Origin: Moniliella sp. 'wahieum'
Taxonomy: Eukaryota
DNA length: 64,000 bases
Assembly: GCA_003971905.1 (NCBI GenBank)
Contig: RSEE01000037.1
Span: forward strand, 558,001-622,000
Direction: 5' to 3'
In this document: positions 40,342 to 52,128 of the stretch, piece by piece
How positions within the stretch are numbered: position 1 is the stretch's first letter
How the letters are laid out: each line of letters opens with the position of its first letter
Notes under the pieces: generated by a model
The model's input: the letters and a program-made list of their open reading frames with translations, nothing else
Told to the model about the DNA's origin: nothing
The model's database searches: none
Translations under genes and position numbers: made by a program

Positions 40342-40521
40342 TGTCACAGTCGGGGCTAAGGCGAGGGAGACCAGGATCGGACTAGGCCAAGGGGTGTAGC
40401 AATCGTTCGTGGGAAGAAGCAAGAACAGAGGACATGGTGCGAAGTGGAAGGAACAGGGAAGGAGCGAGACGCTCGAGACGAAGAAATTGGAAATGGGAGC
40501 GAGATCAGCCAAACTATGACA
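40342..40521 (-). repeat. 5' LTR of the chromovirus
   Basis: Near-identical to 34754-34930. Confidence 0.95.
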
Positions 40522-40892
40522 GGAAGTGACGTGGGATTGTTTGGTGGATCAATGGATTAGTCGTAACTGGTCGGAGATGTTGGTACAAAATGACCCCTGG
40601 AGAATAACATACTTGGAAGAAAGCGACCGGCGCGTCGGACACGCCGGAAGCCATCACAAGCGCGTACCCCCTGGCCCTCCATCCAGGCCAGCTCGACGGG
40701 ACGGCCCCGACTCAGCGCCCAGCTGCTCGGGCGGTGGATGCAGCGCAGCGGTCAAACACACCCTGCGTGCCGTCGCTTCCGGCCGCGGAATATCCACTGC
40801 AACGGTGCTCACCAATAGAACCAAGTGTTCCCCCGACCACAAGATCCCGCACATCCCTTTTTCGCCCACTGAGGGCAGCGGCCGAACCACAT

Positions 40893-41762
40893 TGTCACGG
40901 GCGGCGCCGCCAGGGGCCCGCCTGGTTTTTTGGGGTACAATCCCTTAGGCGACGGTAGGTCGACTCACGGTAGTTCGGGCTTAGGCTGGTTGGTGTGTCC
41001 GAGCGGAGCTAGGGACGAGGAGAGGCCTTTGGAGGCGGCTGCACGTGTGGCATGCTGCGTCTGCACCGGCTTGGGCCGTAGTAACGTGTCTGAAGCCTCC
41101 GGGACTTAGGGACGGGAGGAGGCAGCGGCGGACAAACACTGCCTTAACTGGGACTGGGAATCGCCGCGACCGAAGGAGGGCTCGCGCGATTGGACTGACG
41201 AAGGGCTGGAGGACGAGGTCGGAGGAGATGTCGGACGCTAACAAGAGGAGCTGCCTGTACTGATCAATTGGCTGGAAACGGGCAGGAGTCGGACAGGATA
41301 GGCGGGAAAGGGACGAAGGTGGAGACGAGAGGATGACGAGAGTGGGGACGAGAGGATGACGAGGTGGGGACGAGAATGGAAGGTGGGGGAAAAGATCCCA
41401 TCAACCCAGGGTACAGGCAGGATCAAAAGGGAAACGGATACAAGAGGGGGTGTAGAAAGGAAGACATGTCAAAAGCGGGGTTGGTCGCCACAGGCGCGAC
41501 CGAGAAAGGAAACGGAAACGGGGACGGGACGGCAGATGCCGCCCGGCACTGGAAGCTCGGTGGCCTTATTTAGGCCGGCCGACTTGGACTTGGGCGGGGG
41601 GCGACTATTGTCGCGCGGAGCATGGCCCTTCGGCCACGATACTTAATTTAGCCAACCATCATCACACTTGGTTGGCCTGCGGAGCACGCTCTACTGGGCA
41701 TGTGCGGAGCAGGCGGGCCTTAGCTTGGGTCGGACCATCTCGTGTCCGCCGAGCCCGTGACA
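40893..41762. mobile_element. Solo LTR, copy B, with perfect 5-bp TSD CACAT
   Basis: TGTCACGGGC...GCCCGTGACA termini, CACAT at 40888-40892 and 41763-41767; inverted copy of 15844-16679. Confidence 0.92.
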
Positions 41763-42796
41763 CACATAGTCCGGTCCGTCGATGGCTTGGTCTGGCACAG
41801 GCACCACCGCAACGAGGGCCTTGCCAGGCAGCTCAGGCAGCTTGGAAGAAGTCCCATTCCACCTCCCACTACCAGGCATGGCAGCTTACCCCTGTCAACC
41901 CTCCCCCTCTCATCCGGCTAAAGTGCTGCTGAGATGCCATTTGTGACGCACCCTATATCCGCACTGCTTTGGTCTCTCCTCATCCCCACCCCAGGTTGGT
42001 CGAATGACAAACGACACCGCCGTCTCCTCCACGGTTCGGTTGCCCTCACGGCCGCCACCCCTCTGTGCTCCTCTGTCCCCCATTCTTCTTCTACTGCGTT
42101 GTTTTCCTTTTAGTCCTTTTGGCGTCTTTCCCTCCTGCGTCCTCGCGAATTGATCCAGAACACTGGCAGCCTCGTCTCCCCTTCAATTAGCTGTCTTCTC
42201 TCTACCCGCCCTCTTCTCTCAGTTCGTCAGCCAAGTCCCAGCCAAGTCGCGTCGTTCATCCTATTATCCAGCCAAATCGGATCAAGTCCTCTATGGTCCA
42301 GTCCCAGCTAGTCTGGCAGGCTTTCCAAGTCCCCCGGCCAGCTCAAGCAAGTCAACGCCGTGAGTCGACCGTTGGACTCTATTATGAAGAAGGTATTGTA
42401 CCACTTAACCCGGGCAGGTCGCGCCCTTGACACTTTTCTTTCCTGCCCCTCGCCGAGCCGACTTGCTGAGAGCAAATGGCCCGACTAACACCAAGAGGTC
42501 GGGCGTTCAGCCTCATCCTCAGTGCTGATCAATCGGTCACCGGTCACGCTCACGAGAGCACAGAGGCGAGAACAACATTTGTTGCCGCCCCGTGCTGCGC
42601 TGCCGTGCTTACCCACCACCGCCATTCCACGGCCGCGCCGGCCTCCTCCACCTCATCTCTTCGCCCGCGCTTTCGGCTGTGTGGCAGCTCTGCTGAAATT
42701 GGACAAGGGAAAGCCCTGCTTCTGTTGCCTCGCTGCCGCCCCGGCCCTCCTTGCGCCGCCCGCCTCGCCTTGGGCTCCAGGCGTACAGCTGGCCCC

Positions 42797-45700
42797 ATGT
42801 CTTTCCCGGCGCCTCGCCCTTGTCCCGCCTGCCGACTCAGCCTCGCCTGGCTCGCCAGCGACGCCCCCGGTTCCCACGTTCGCTCGTCTGCACATCATTT
42901 CAACCCAGATCGAGCTGAGCCCCGACTTGCCCCCCGTCCATGTCACCATTGGCCGTCAGAGTCTGGTACGTGCCCTTCCAATCCCGCCTGACGGCCCCTT
43001 ACCGGCCCTGACCCCCTGCCTGCCTGCTCAGGCGGCTACACCTCTCGGCTGCTCGACATCCTCCCCGACCCTCTTGCCGCCATCCGACACGCTCGCGTCT
43101 GAAGCCTTCTCAAGGGCCAGGTTGCCGCCTCGAATTTTCGTGATCCATTCATTATCGTCCGCAGTGCCCTCGACAAGCTCGACCTGGAGTATTGTCCTCG
43201 TCTTCGCTTGCTTCTGCCGCGAATGCCAGTATTTTGTCTCCGAAACCCACTTGACCCTCGTATCTTCACCGACGTGGCACTCATGTCGCCTTTGATAAAC
43301 AGGGTTGTCTCGCCGCTAGACGTGCTCTGGGTACTTTGCCTCCGTCGCGCCAACCGCTCGTGCCGACTGAAGATATGTTTCCCCCTTCCCTTATCCATCC
43401 TATTGAACTGGTTCCCGTTGGACTCGAGGCAGTGTGTGCCGAATGTATGCATGTGAAGGAGTCGCCAGCTTCACATGCCCGAAAAAGAGGTCACAAGTAC
43501 AGGATGGTCCTCCTGCCGGTTCAACGCTTGACTTTCCATATCAGGCGTGCGATTGTTCCATCTGATAGAATCTCCGGAGCCCAGCGTCACTTGCCTCGCC
43601 TCCCCGCTGCTGTCCAGCAAGGCCAGAATGCTCTTGATTGGCCCTCAGACTCCGTCCAGAATGTGCAAGCTGGAAGCAGAAGCCGCGTCAGGCCCGCGAG
43701 ATGCAGGGCACACTGGTTCGGCTGGCCAGGAAACTGCCATACACGAAGAGGTCTGTAGGGGCCGTGGGGATCGCTCTTCTAGCCCCTTCCGGAATGAGCC
43801 GTCCGCCAACCCTGAGCTGGATTTCACAACGTTGCGCCAGGTCCCGACCCACGCCGCGCGGCCGAATCAACGAGGGCCTTTGAGGAGAGCCATCGAAGTT
43901 GCCCATCAGGTAGCGTCTGTCATGGGGCCACAATTGTCAAGCGCTGATTCTTTGACCCGAATCACAGACGAGGAGCAGCGGATGGGCTCTTTTGCGCGCA
44001 TCTGGCACGTCTCCCGACTCTTTGGTGGCGTGCAATTGATGGCGCTGGCCCAAGCGCGGCAGCTTCCAGGCTTGCGCCCGCAGCGACAACAAGCTGCAGC
44101 CACCTTGGTGACCTGGGCCACTGAGGTATTGGACTATGCTCATCCATCCATTCAACACTTGCTCCCCGCCCCCGGCGCCGAGTCGACCTCTTCCCAGTTT
44201 CATTCAGGCCTCGAGGTCCGAGCTACCACAATGAAGTCGTACAGTGCTTGCCTCGCTGACTGCCTTGTTTTCACCCGCTTCCTTTTGTACGCTCGCGCCT
44301 CATTGGGCACGCAGCAACAGCACCCGCTCGCCACTCTAGCGGCGAGGGTCTTGCCGAGGCATGAGCAGGCCTATGCCCGCGCACTGGCCCGGGAGGGATA
44401 TGAAGAGACTTCGACCCCGCTTGCGGACTTGCTGGAAGATGTCGTCTCCGGTTCGGCGTGGACGCCGCCACCGGACGCCCCTGACGCTACCCGATTGAGT
44501 TCTGACCCGCTCTTTGCTCGCATTGGTATTTGGCTTGATGTGGTAGTGACGCAGCCATGGATGCCCCTCCTGGAGGAGGTTAGCCCCGTGTGGCTCTTTG
44601 CCTTCAGCCAGTGCCTTGCCATTTGGCACCCGCCCCACCGACGGGCCGTTGGCCAATGCACCGTCTCCGGCGGGTCCTCGTGCGGGTGTGGAGGGGATTT
44701 TGGAGGTGCCGGATGGCGACGGCGGCCTCGAGGAGGATGAGTTAGAGGAAGACGAGCTTGACGACGTCGAGGTGCACGGCCCGGCAGAACAAAACCCAGA
44801 GTTCCTGGAAGCACTGGGAGGCGCACAAGCAGAAGCTCAAGCAGAGATACAGGGCGGAGGAGGCTCTTTGGTCTTCCAGGCACCTAAGAAGGTCTCTTCC
44901 ACTATGGCCGGGCTGATGTGGTGTCTTCGCCTTTCTGTCTTTTCCTCACTGCATCATCGTTCAAGGCACCTGGCCACCCTTCCAGACCCGGTACGTGTCC
45001 AGAAAGAATTGATTGACTATCAGAAGAACCACTTGGTCTTGAACTCTGCCGGTGTGCTGGCCAAATTGCAAAGGTATTGCAGTATGCCAGTCGTGTCCGC
45101 GCCTTGCATGGGAATGACATCGGCACGTTTGTTTATCGACCTGACCAGACAACCTTGCCGAATGGCCTAATCATCCCTCACCACCATCTCTGCGTGTTTG
45201 CCAATTCAATCCATGTCCGACTGGAAAAAGATGCCTTCCTCAAGATGATTACTATTGGGCGCACGGTATGCCTCTCTCTTCGACAAGCATCCAGTTTACC
45301 GTCATGATTTGAAAGACTTGTTCAACAATCACGCAGTCGGTTACTCGTTTGCCACTGAGCCTCAAAATCTTCGTCTCGCCCAAGATCGTGACCTCCACCA
45401 CATTCTCGAGTCCATTGTTCATCACGAGCGGCTCGACGATAAGGCTCAGCTCATACTCGAAAAGCTTATCCTCAAGCTAGAGGAGTCCTTCCTGGTCCAG
45501 CTCGCCTTGGCCATTCATGTCTGCTCGGGCGTCTCGCCTTCGGTTGCAGACACGGTGGATTTGCGCTGTATAAATGAATTGTCCAACACCCGCAGCATCT
45601 ACGTTGCTGGCGATGAGGTCTTTCTCGTCATGCGGCGCAGCATGTCGGCCATGGAAGACAGCCCCGAGGCTACCCTCCACTCTACCCGCTTTCCTGATCC

Positions 45701-48018
45701 GACGACAGCCAAGGTGCTTAAGGCCTACTTGCTTCTTGTCCGACCCTACACCGATCTGCTGCGTCACAACCTGGCACCAAACCCAGCAGTGGTGCCTGTT
45801 TGCCAACCCCAACTCTTCGTTACTCTCGCCTGCCCGCTCCAAAAAGCTATCAGCCATGCACATCATCAACGCTCTGCGTGCCAATTGGCCTGACGAGCTC
45901 GTGGCTGGGGTGATGACGTCGACTATCTGGCGCCACTACTCTATGGTCGTATCCAAGGGCCAGCGCACCTACGCTCTCCTTGGCCAACGGCAGGGCCTCG
46001 ATGGATTCGGTCAATCTGGGATAGACCGCGAGGACGACCCCCAGGCTCCCGGCACTTCAGCACAGCACATGCGCAGACAGCGCGACCGCGTCTTGGCTGG
46101 CCAGGCGACCCAAGCAGGCCGTTCATCTAACCCCGACCCCTTGGCCTATGGTCGAAGCGTCGATCAGCTGGGATATCTCGACTTGGCCCCATTGCCTCTT
46201 GCTCGCCTCGTCAGCCGCGACTGGCAAGAGAATGTTCTTCAGCTCACCCTTCCCCCCCTTCCTACCTTTCCCCCGACCCCACTGCCTGACGTCCCAGAGG
46301 CATCTCCCTGGACTCGCCTTGCAGCCGCGCGTGAGGCCGGTCACCGCCTTTTTGGCCTTGGCGGTCTGACAGAGACCCAGCAGGAAGGTCTCGAGCGCGT
46401 ATTCTTTGATCCTGTTGGCGCTGCATCCATGATCAGTTTGGCACCCGGAACAAGCCGCACCGCCTTGTGGCTCATCCCAGCCATCACCGCTGCACCTGGC
46501 ATGGTGCATGTCATCCTCGTACCCCTGCCCAGCATGCTTGCCGCCATCGAGTGCCACTTGCTCCAACACCGGATCAAGTTTGAGTGCTGGCAGCCCCCCC
46601 ATCCTAATGCCACCCACCAAGTTCCTTAGCTAAAACGAGGGACCCGCATTTTGCTCACAACCGTTGGCCACCTCGCCCACAGAAATTTCGCCGACCTTCT
46701 CCGCTCCCTATCCTAGCACAAGCGGCTCGAACGGATTGTACTGGAAGAAGCACACCTCATCCCTCTGCAACGCCACTTGCAAAGCGAGTTGGACAACATT
46801 TCCTTCCTTCCCCCCTTTGTTGCCCATACACGCCTCCTTGCACTTTCAGCCGCGGCGCCGCGCGGGATTGTGGAGGAGCTGGAGTTAATGTTGTCAAAAG
46901 ACCGCCTCTTTGAGTTTTCCCATTTTAACCCGCCAGTCCTTCGGCCCGAGGTGCAGTATGTATACCACGCGCCAGACCCAAGTGGCGTGCATGCCACATT
47001 GTCTCGTCTGTTATCCGTGCACCTTGAAGCCCGAAAAGCTTGGCGCAAAAACCCATGTCAACCACCTGCACCTCGCCGCGCCATCATCATCGCCAACTCG
47101 CGTAGCGATCGCCAACTCGCGTAGCGAAGCAAAGACAATTGCATCCCACCTTGCTGTTCCAGTACGTCTTTCTCACCCGTTCTCAATTCGATTGTTTGCT
47201 AATTCTAATTCATCCCCTGTCTCGTTCGTTTACTACCTTCCCCCTCTTCCCGCACCGTCCCGGGTAGGCGACACCCATGCTGCCGAGGTGGAAGAAGGGG
47301 CGCAGGACCTGGTAAAATTTGTGCACGGTGACGAAGTGGTGCTTGTGGGAACCAACGAGCTTTCCGTATGTGTGGACGTGCCCGACTGCGACAAGGTCAT
47401 TTGGGTGGGTGTCCCATTTACTGGTCTCGATTTGATCCAGGCGGCCGCCCTGGCAGCCAGAGGCGCAGGCGAACGAGGCCAACTGATCATTCTCGCCCCC
47501 AAGACCAGGTGCGCCACGAGCTACAGCATCCAAGTACGAATGAAAGCCGAATCTATGTGGGCAACGTAGCGCATTGGCTGCACACCTCCCATTGTCTCAT
47601 GGAGGCGGTGACCACCTGCCTCTATGCGTGTCCCATGCGGTGTGAAAACGTGGATGGTGCCCAACCATGTACTGCGTGCCAGCTCCAAGGCCCGTGTTGC
47701 CCTCTACCTACCCTAGCGCCAGCGACGCTTGACAGCCCTTCGCCCCCTCCACAGCCTAGGCTTCCGCAGCCCCAACGCCAGATCCAGCCCGAGGCTAACA
47801 CAGCTGCCGCCCAGGTAGATGCGACGCCTTCCCTACCCGCTCGCCTTGATCCGCCCACCTCCACCGAGCAGCCGAGGCGGCGCAAACGTCCAGGGCCCTC
47901 ATCCCCCAGAGCCGAATGGGTCACACGGAAACGCACAATGGAGCGGCAGCAGTCAGACGATCCGTTCACCCCATCTTTCTCCCCAAGTTCATCGTCCGAG
48001 GGGTCCCATGGTCGATGA
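42797..48018 (+). pseudogene. Telomere-linked-helicase-like gene: DUF3505-like Cys/His N-terminus, recombinase-like middle, degenerate RecQ-like helicase and Zn-binding tail; start uncertain
   Basis: N-terminal FCRECQY and CAECMH; middle LAIHVCSG..RSIYV..TRFP..YLLLVRPY, WRHY, QAGRS..AYG. Helicase motifs in order: APGTSRT, VILVPL, RIVLEEAH, LLALSAAAP, RPEVQY, AIIIANSR, VLVGTNELSVCVDVPD, IQAAALAAR. Tail CLM..C..PCTAC. Confidence 0.72.
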
Positions 48019-51000
48019 TAGAGTCGGATTTTGTACAACGGGGAGCCCCCCGAGGCTGCAAGCTTCATCCCGGCCTGGGTGCCGCGCCGTGCCATGCCAT
48101 GCTATGCATGTGGCCCATCGGTTCCAGTTGATCTGCGCTAAACATGTATGCACATGGTGCATAGCAATGGCAGCAATATATATGTATGAAGCAAGGTTAG
48201 TAGAAGAAAATGTCCTGAAGGCAAACGGGGCGCAGGATGGGTGAGGGGCGGGGCGTGTTACGGATGGGATGCCCCCCCGACTCCCAGGTGTGCCCCACGT
48301 GGCGGCGGCCGTCGACCGACTCAACCTGATTTAAGAAAATGTGAGTAACGGAGGGTCGAAGAGAGGAGATGAAGGAAACGAGAGTGCACGTGGGGTTTCC
48401 TTTTGGCTCGAGTTGGAAGATAGGCGGCGCGGGACACGGCGACTTAGCCAACCCTTTTCTTCAATGTGGAGACACGCATCCCCCTTCCGTACGCCCCCGT
48501 CGAAGCCACGTCGCAGTGGCGATCCAGCGTGGCTTCGACTTGAGCATTGGTGCTTGACCGCCGCCTTGGAAATGGTGCTTGGGCTTCGAATTGAGTTGGG
48601 ATCGGGACTGCGGCTTAGCTGCTTCGACGGCCCGGTTGCAGCCTAGCGGCGGTCTGGGTCTGGCGTAGCGTGGGTGCGTTTGCCCTGCGATGCGCGCTCC
48701 CACCCGTCGCGTGCCTGCGCATCCCGGCGGTCCAAGCGGCTGCGGATGCACCCCAAGCCCCATGCAACGCGCAAGACAGACAGAGGCGACAGAGCGGGAG
48801 GAGGTGGTGAGGGGCGAGGGAGTGCGGGGGGCTGAGCGGGGATGAGTGCGAAGGCTTATTGCCAGCCCCTCATCGATCATCGACAGCCAGCGCCCAGCCG
48901 CAGCTCGTTTCAATATTGCAGTGCTTACCATAATCGATGATCGACATGATCGCCTGATCGATGATCGCCTGCGCAGCGGCGCGGTCAAGACCGACGCAAC
49001 ACTCGTCTCTGCCACCAGCTCCTCTTCTCGCCTGGCGTCCCCCATCCCGCCCCCATCCCGTCCCAGTAGACACTCGATGGATATCTGACTACACACCATC
49101 AACTCGCCCCCGGGCCCTTGGCGTGGGTCAGAAGAGAAGCAACCTTGTAGCGTGTGGTTCTCATGCATTACGCGCCGGCCGACGAGTGCGTGGGAGGATG
49201 GACGTACGAAGAAGCATGCAGGCTATCCTTTAGTGCCATCACTCGAGGCGCAAGCCAGACTCAAGCACCAAGTGGACACGCCCTACAAGCAAGGTCATCA
49301 GAGGTCAGCAGACAACGAGCCGACGCTGCACCCCGTCCAGCCCACGTCTTGGCGGGCATTCGGCTCAGCTCGCCATCCTGGCCGGCTACCGTCCAACCCC
49401 GCCTTGCCAGTGCAACCGCCGATAGAAGCAACCCGGATGGCGTCATTGCTGGCACCCGCATTGCTAGGTAAGGCAAAGATCATGTCCATCCCATGAATGC
49501 TCCCCAGTCCGTCCGACATGTGACAGGACTTCGCTCCGAGCGTACAGGAATACTGGCACGACAAGCTCACGGGGTTCGGTCAAGCGCAGTTGAGATGAAA
49601 TTGGACCACTCGTGTCGGGCACGAGAGTTACCACCCAGCCGGTTTGTGGCAAATGCTAACCCTTGGGGGTGGGGGTGGGGGCACCCACCAGTCTTGGCGA
49701 CTGAAGACTAATGCGGTGTGTTGTCGAGCGGACCGGCAGGGAGTGGGGGGGTCAGGTTGAGGCGCGTCATCCTTGGCCAAAGGGCGTAGCAGTTCTCACA
49801 GGCTATGCTGCTTTTGGTTGGGGCGCTGCTGGCTTTAAGAGGCATGAATTACACATCCTGCCGACCATCGAAGGGGAGTGGGTAATTCCTAGTGCCGCCC
49901 CCACTGACCCCACACGCATAACCCAGTTGCCGGTACCCCATGTGTGGGCGGCGTTGACGTCTTTGCATTCTGCCTCGCATATCTCGCTTTGAACAGAGAA
50001 GCGGTCGAGCTGGGAAAGGCACGATTTACGCTTGCACACGTGTCAGAGGTTTTCCGTTCCGATGACATGAGGTCGACGGGCGAGGAAAGTGCGTGCCTTG
50101 CTCAGTATGCTGTTAGAGACGATCGCCGGGGGCGGCAGGGGATGAAGGACTGGGAGGCGCGTCGAACGTTGTGTTCGAAGGTTGTGCTCGAAAGTTGCGC
50201 CGCGCTATTCCAGCGAAAAACCGTCGATCCACTTTCGAGGGGCGCAGCTTCTTCGAGGAGTTGGGGTGAAGATAGGCGAAGGGCGAGCAGCAATGATGAA
50301 GCAACGAACATCGAACATTCCGTTCGACGGTGTTTGAAGATGGGAGCCAACATGTACATGCCCCTGAAGAGCACCCAGACTAGCGCGTGTCCCCTGGCCA
50401 CGTTGAAAAACATGTACGGAGAACGATGGGCCTTCGGAGGTGACAAAGGAAGCAAAGAGGGCCAGGCGCTGTGCTAGCAAGGCGGACATCCGTTTGTCTG
50501 TCAGTCGACTGGGGAAATGCACAGTACAGGGGATAACCGACATGGCCAAATGGTGATGGTGTTGCCGAATGACCATGCCACGTTCCTCTTCCTCACAAGT
50601 TTCGAAGTAAACGCAAGTTGCAGTGCGGCCCCTTGTCTTCCCACCCCACTAGGGTGGAAGCTAGTGGGCCCAGCTAGTGGGGTGCACATTGAAACCTGTG
50701 AAGGTCAATGATGAGCAAAAAAGTAAATGTAGGGACATACTTCAAGCACTGCATGCATGCAGCCTACGAATAAGCTGACGTTCGGCATGCCTTTTTGGAC
50801 GTGTGCGGGAGGGGGCTGAACGGAATACAGACTGGTCTCGATGCGTCGCGCCGGGTTTAGACAAAAAATGATCCCGCTTTGAACGAAGTAGCGAGGAGGA
50901 TGGAGGGGCTCAGCAGCCCCTCTGCAAATGAGCATCTTCGTGGGCACCCCTCCCCGCTTGTTTCGAGAGACAGGGGATTGGGTACCGGCTTCGGCGAATC

Positions 51001-51528
51001 TACCCCGAGCGTTGCACTCACGATCCCTCGAAAGGCCCTACATTAGTCACACTGCCAACATTAGCAGGCATGGCGCCAACAGACATGTTGGAAGTGCTGG
51101 CCGGAACAATGCCTTGGCATATGTGGTGGCGGTGGAGGCGCAAAGAGAGCAAGCGCGGGCCAAACCGATAGTGATGCCAACCCTACCGGTACACTTGCAC
51201 GGGCTTATACGGCACTAGGGCTGGGCATGAGTCGGCAGCTACAGCCCTATTAACGTCTAAGAGAAGAACCGCATAGCTCCAATATGGCTGGTGCTGCATC
51301 CAAGTGATATTAGTATGAAGGGAAGAGGTGGATAGAAGTACCACTGGGCGGAGAGTAAAGGCGGGGGAAGGTCGGTCGGTTGGGCAGGGGCGAGAGTGCA
51401 ATGTTGGGAAGTACTAGCTGGGGTGTAGCTGCTTGCTGGTGGGCGGTGGGGACAGGGTCTCTTGGTACACAATGGAGCTCTGGACGTGGGCTGTGTGTAC
51501 TAATAGTACACAGCTGGAGCGGTTAGAA

Positions 51529-51670
51529 GAATGACAGTACCGAGGATTCCCACGTGGGCCTCTTCTTATTCTATCGTGGTACTATATACTGAGACTGAGT
51601 GATGATGTGGTGACCATCGTAGATCTCGGACGGGATGTGGTCACTCTTTCACATTTCTATGGCTGCTGGT
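51529..51670 (-). pseudogene. Degenerate 5S rRNA copy
   Basis: Shares CCGAGGATTCCCACGTGG, TCGGACGGGATG.GGT, CTTTCACA.TTCTATGGC in order with the intact 5S at 60911-61028, with several insertions. Confidence 0.8.
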
Positions 51671-52081
51671 GGTGATCTTGGTTCAGTAGGGGGATATAAT
51701 GGGGGCATGCATTGGTCAGTGGTGGGGGGGGGGGGGGGTCCCGTGCGGGTCTGCACAGGGCATTAAAAATGCACTCCAGTGTGTCACTAAGTTATAAGTG
51801 CACAGGGGTCAGTATACGTACAAGTCGGGAGAGGGTCAATATATCCACAAGTTGGAAACTTACAGGGGGGTTCTGTAACAGAGAGGCAACAGGGGGTGAA
51901 GGGATCAAACGTCAAATTCGCTTCCTGTTCCACTCTTTTTTCTATGCCAAGTTGTCATATCATGGTTCGGTAGGGTTGTATTTGGGGAACGCAAAGCCCC
52001 CTCTCTCCGAAGAGAGAGGGGGGGAACTGAGCTGGCGATTATGCTACTTCAGCCAGAAGCGCGACGGAACTCCACCAGAAG

Positions 52082-52128
52082 GGGACAGTGGGAGTCTCGT
52101 TAATCCATTCATGCGCGTCACGAATTAA

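Larger units (their letters stand above)
34754..40521 (-). mobile_element. Full-length Ty3/gypsy chromovirus with both LTRs and 5-bp TSD GGAAG
   Basis: LTRs at 34754-34930 and 40342-40521 (TGTCA..TGACA). TSD GGAAG at 34749-34753 and 40522-40526. Polypurine tract GAAGGGGGCAA next to the 3' LTR. Order gag-PR-RT-RH-IN-chromodomain. Confidence 0.97.

Noticed and set aside
38634..40385. 583-aa plus-strand ORF, and similar long ORFs at 9867-11591 and 1350-2414
   Set aside because: Antisense shadows of real GC-rich genes with no recognisable motifs.
48400..51200. Possible cargo gene between the helicase-like gene and the 5S remnant (weak ankyrin-like VRRCLKMGAN)
   Set aside because: Short broken ORFs with one weak motif; it needs a profile search before any call.
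51529..51670. 5S gene split by a Starship-like 5S-targeting element
   Set aside because: The remnant spans the full 5S length rather than half of it, and no DUF3435-type captain gene was recognised.
52030..52082. HDV-like ribozyme at the 28S junction
   Set aside because: P2-, P3/L3- and J4/2-like pieces can be drawn, but P1 would be only 3 bp. A simple hairpin explains the pairing equally well.
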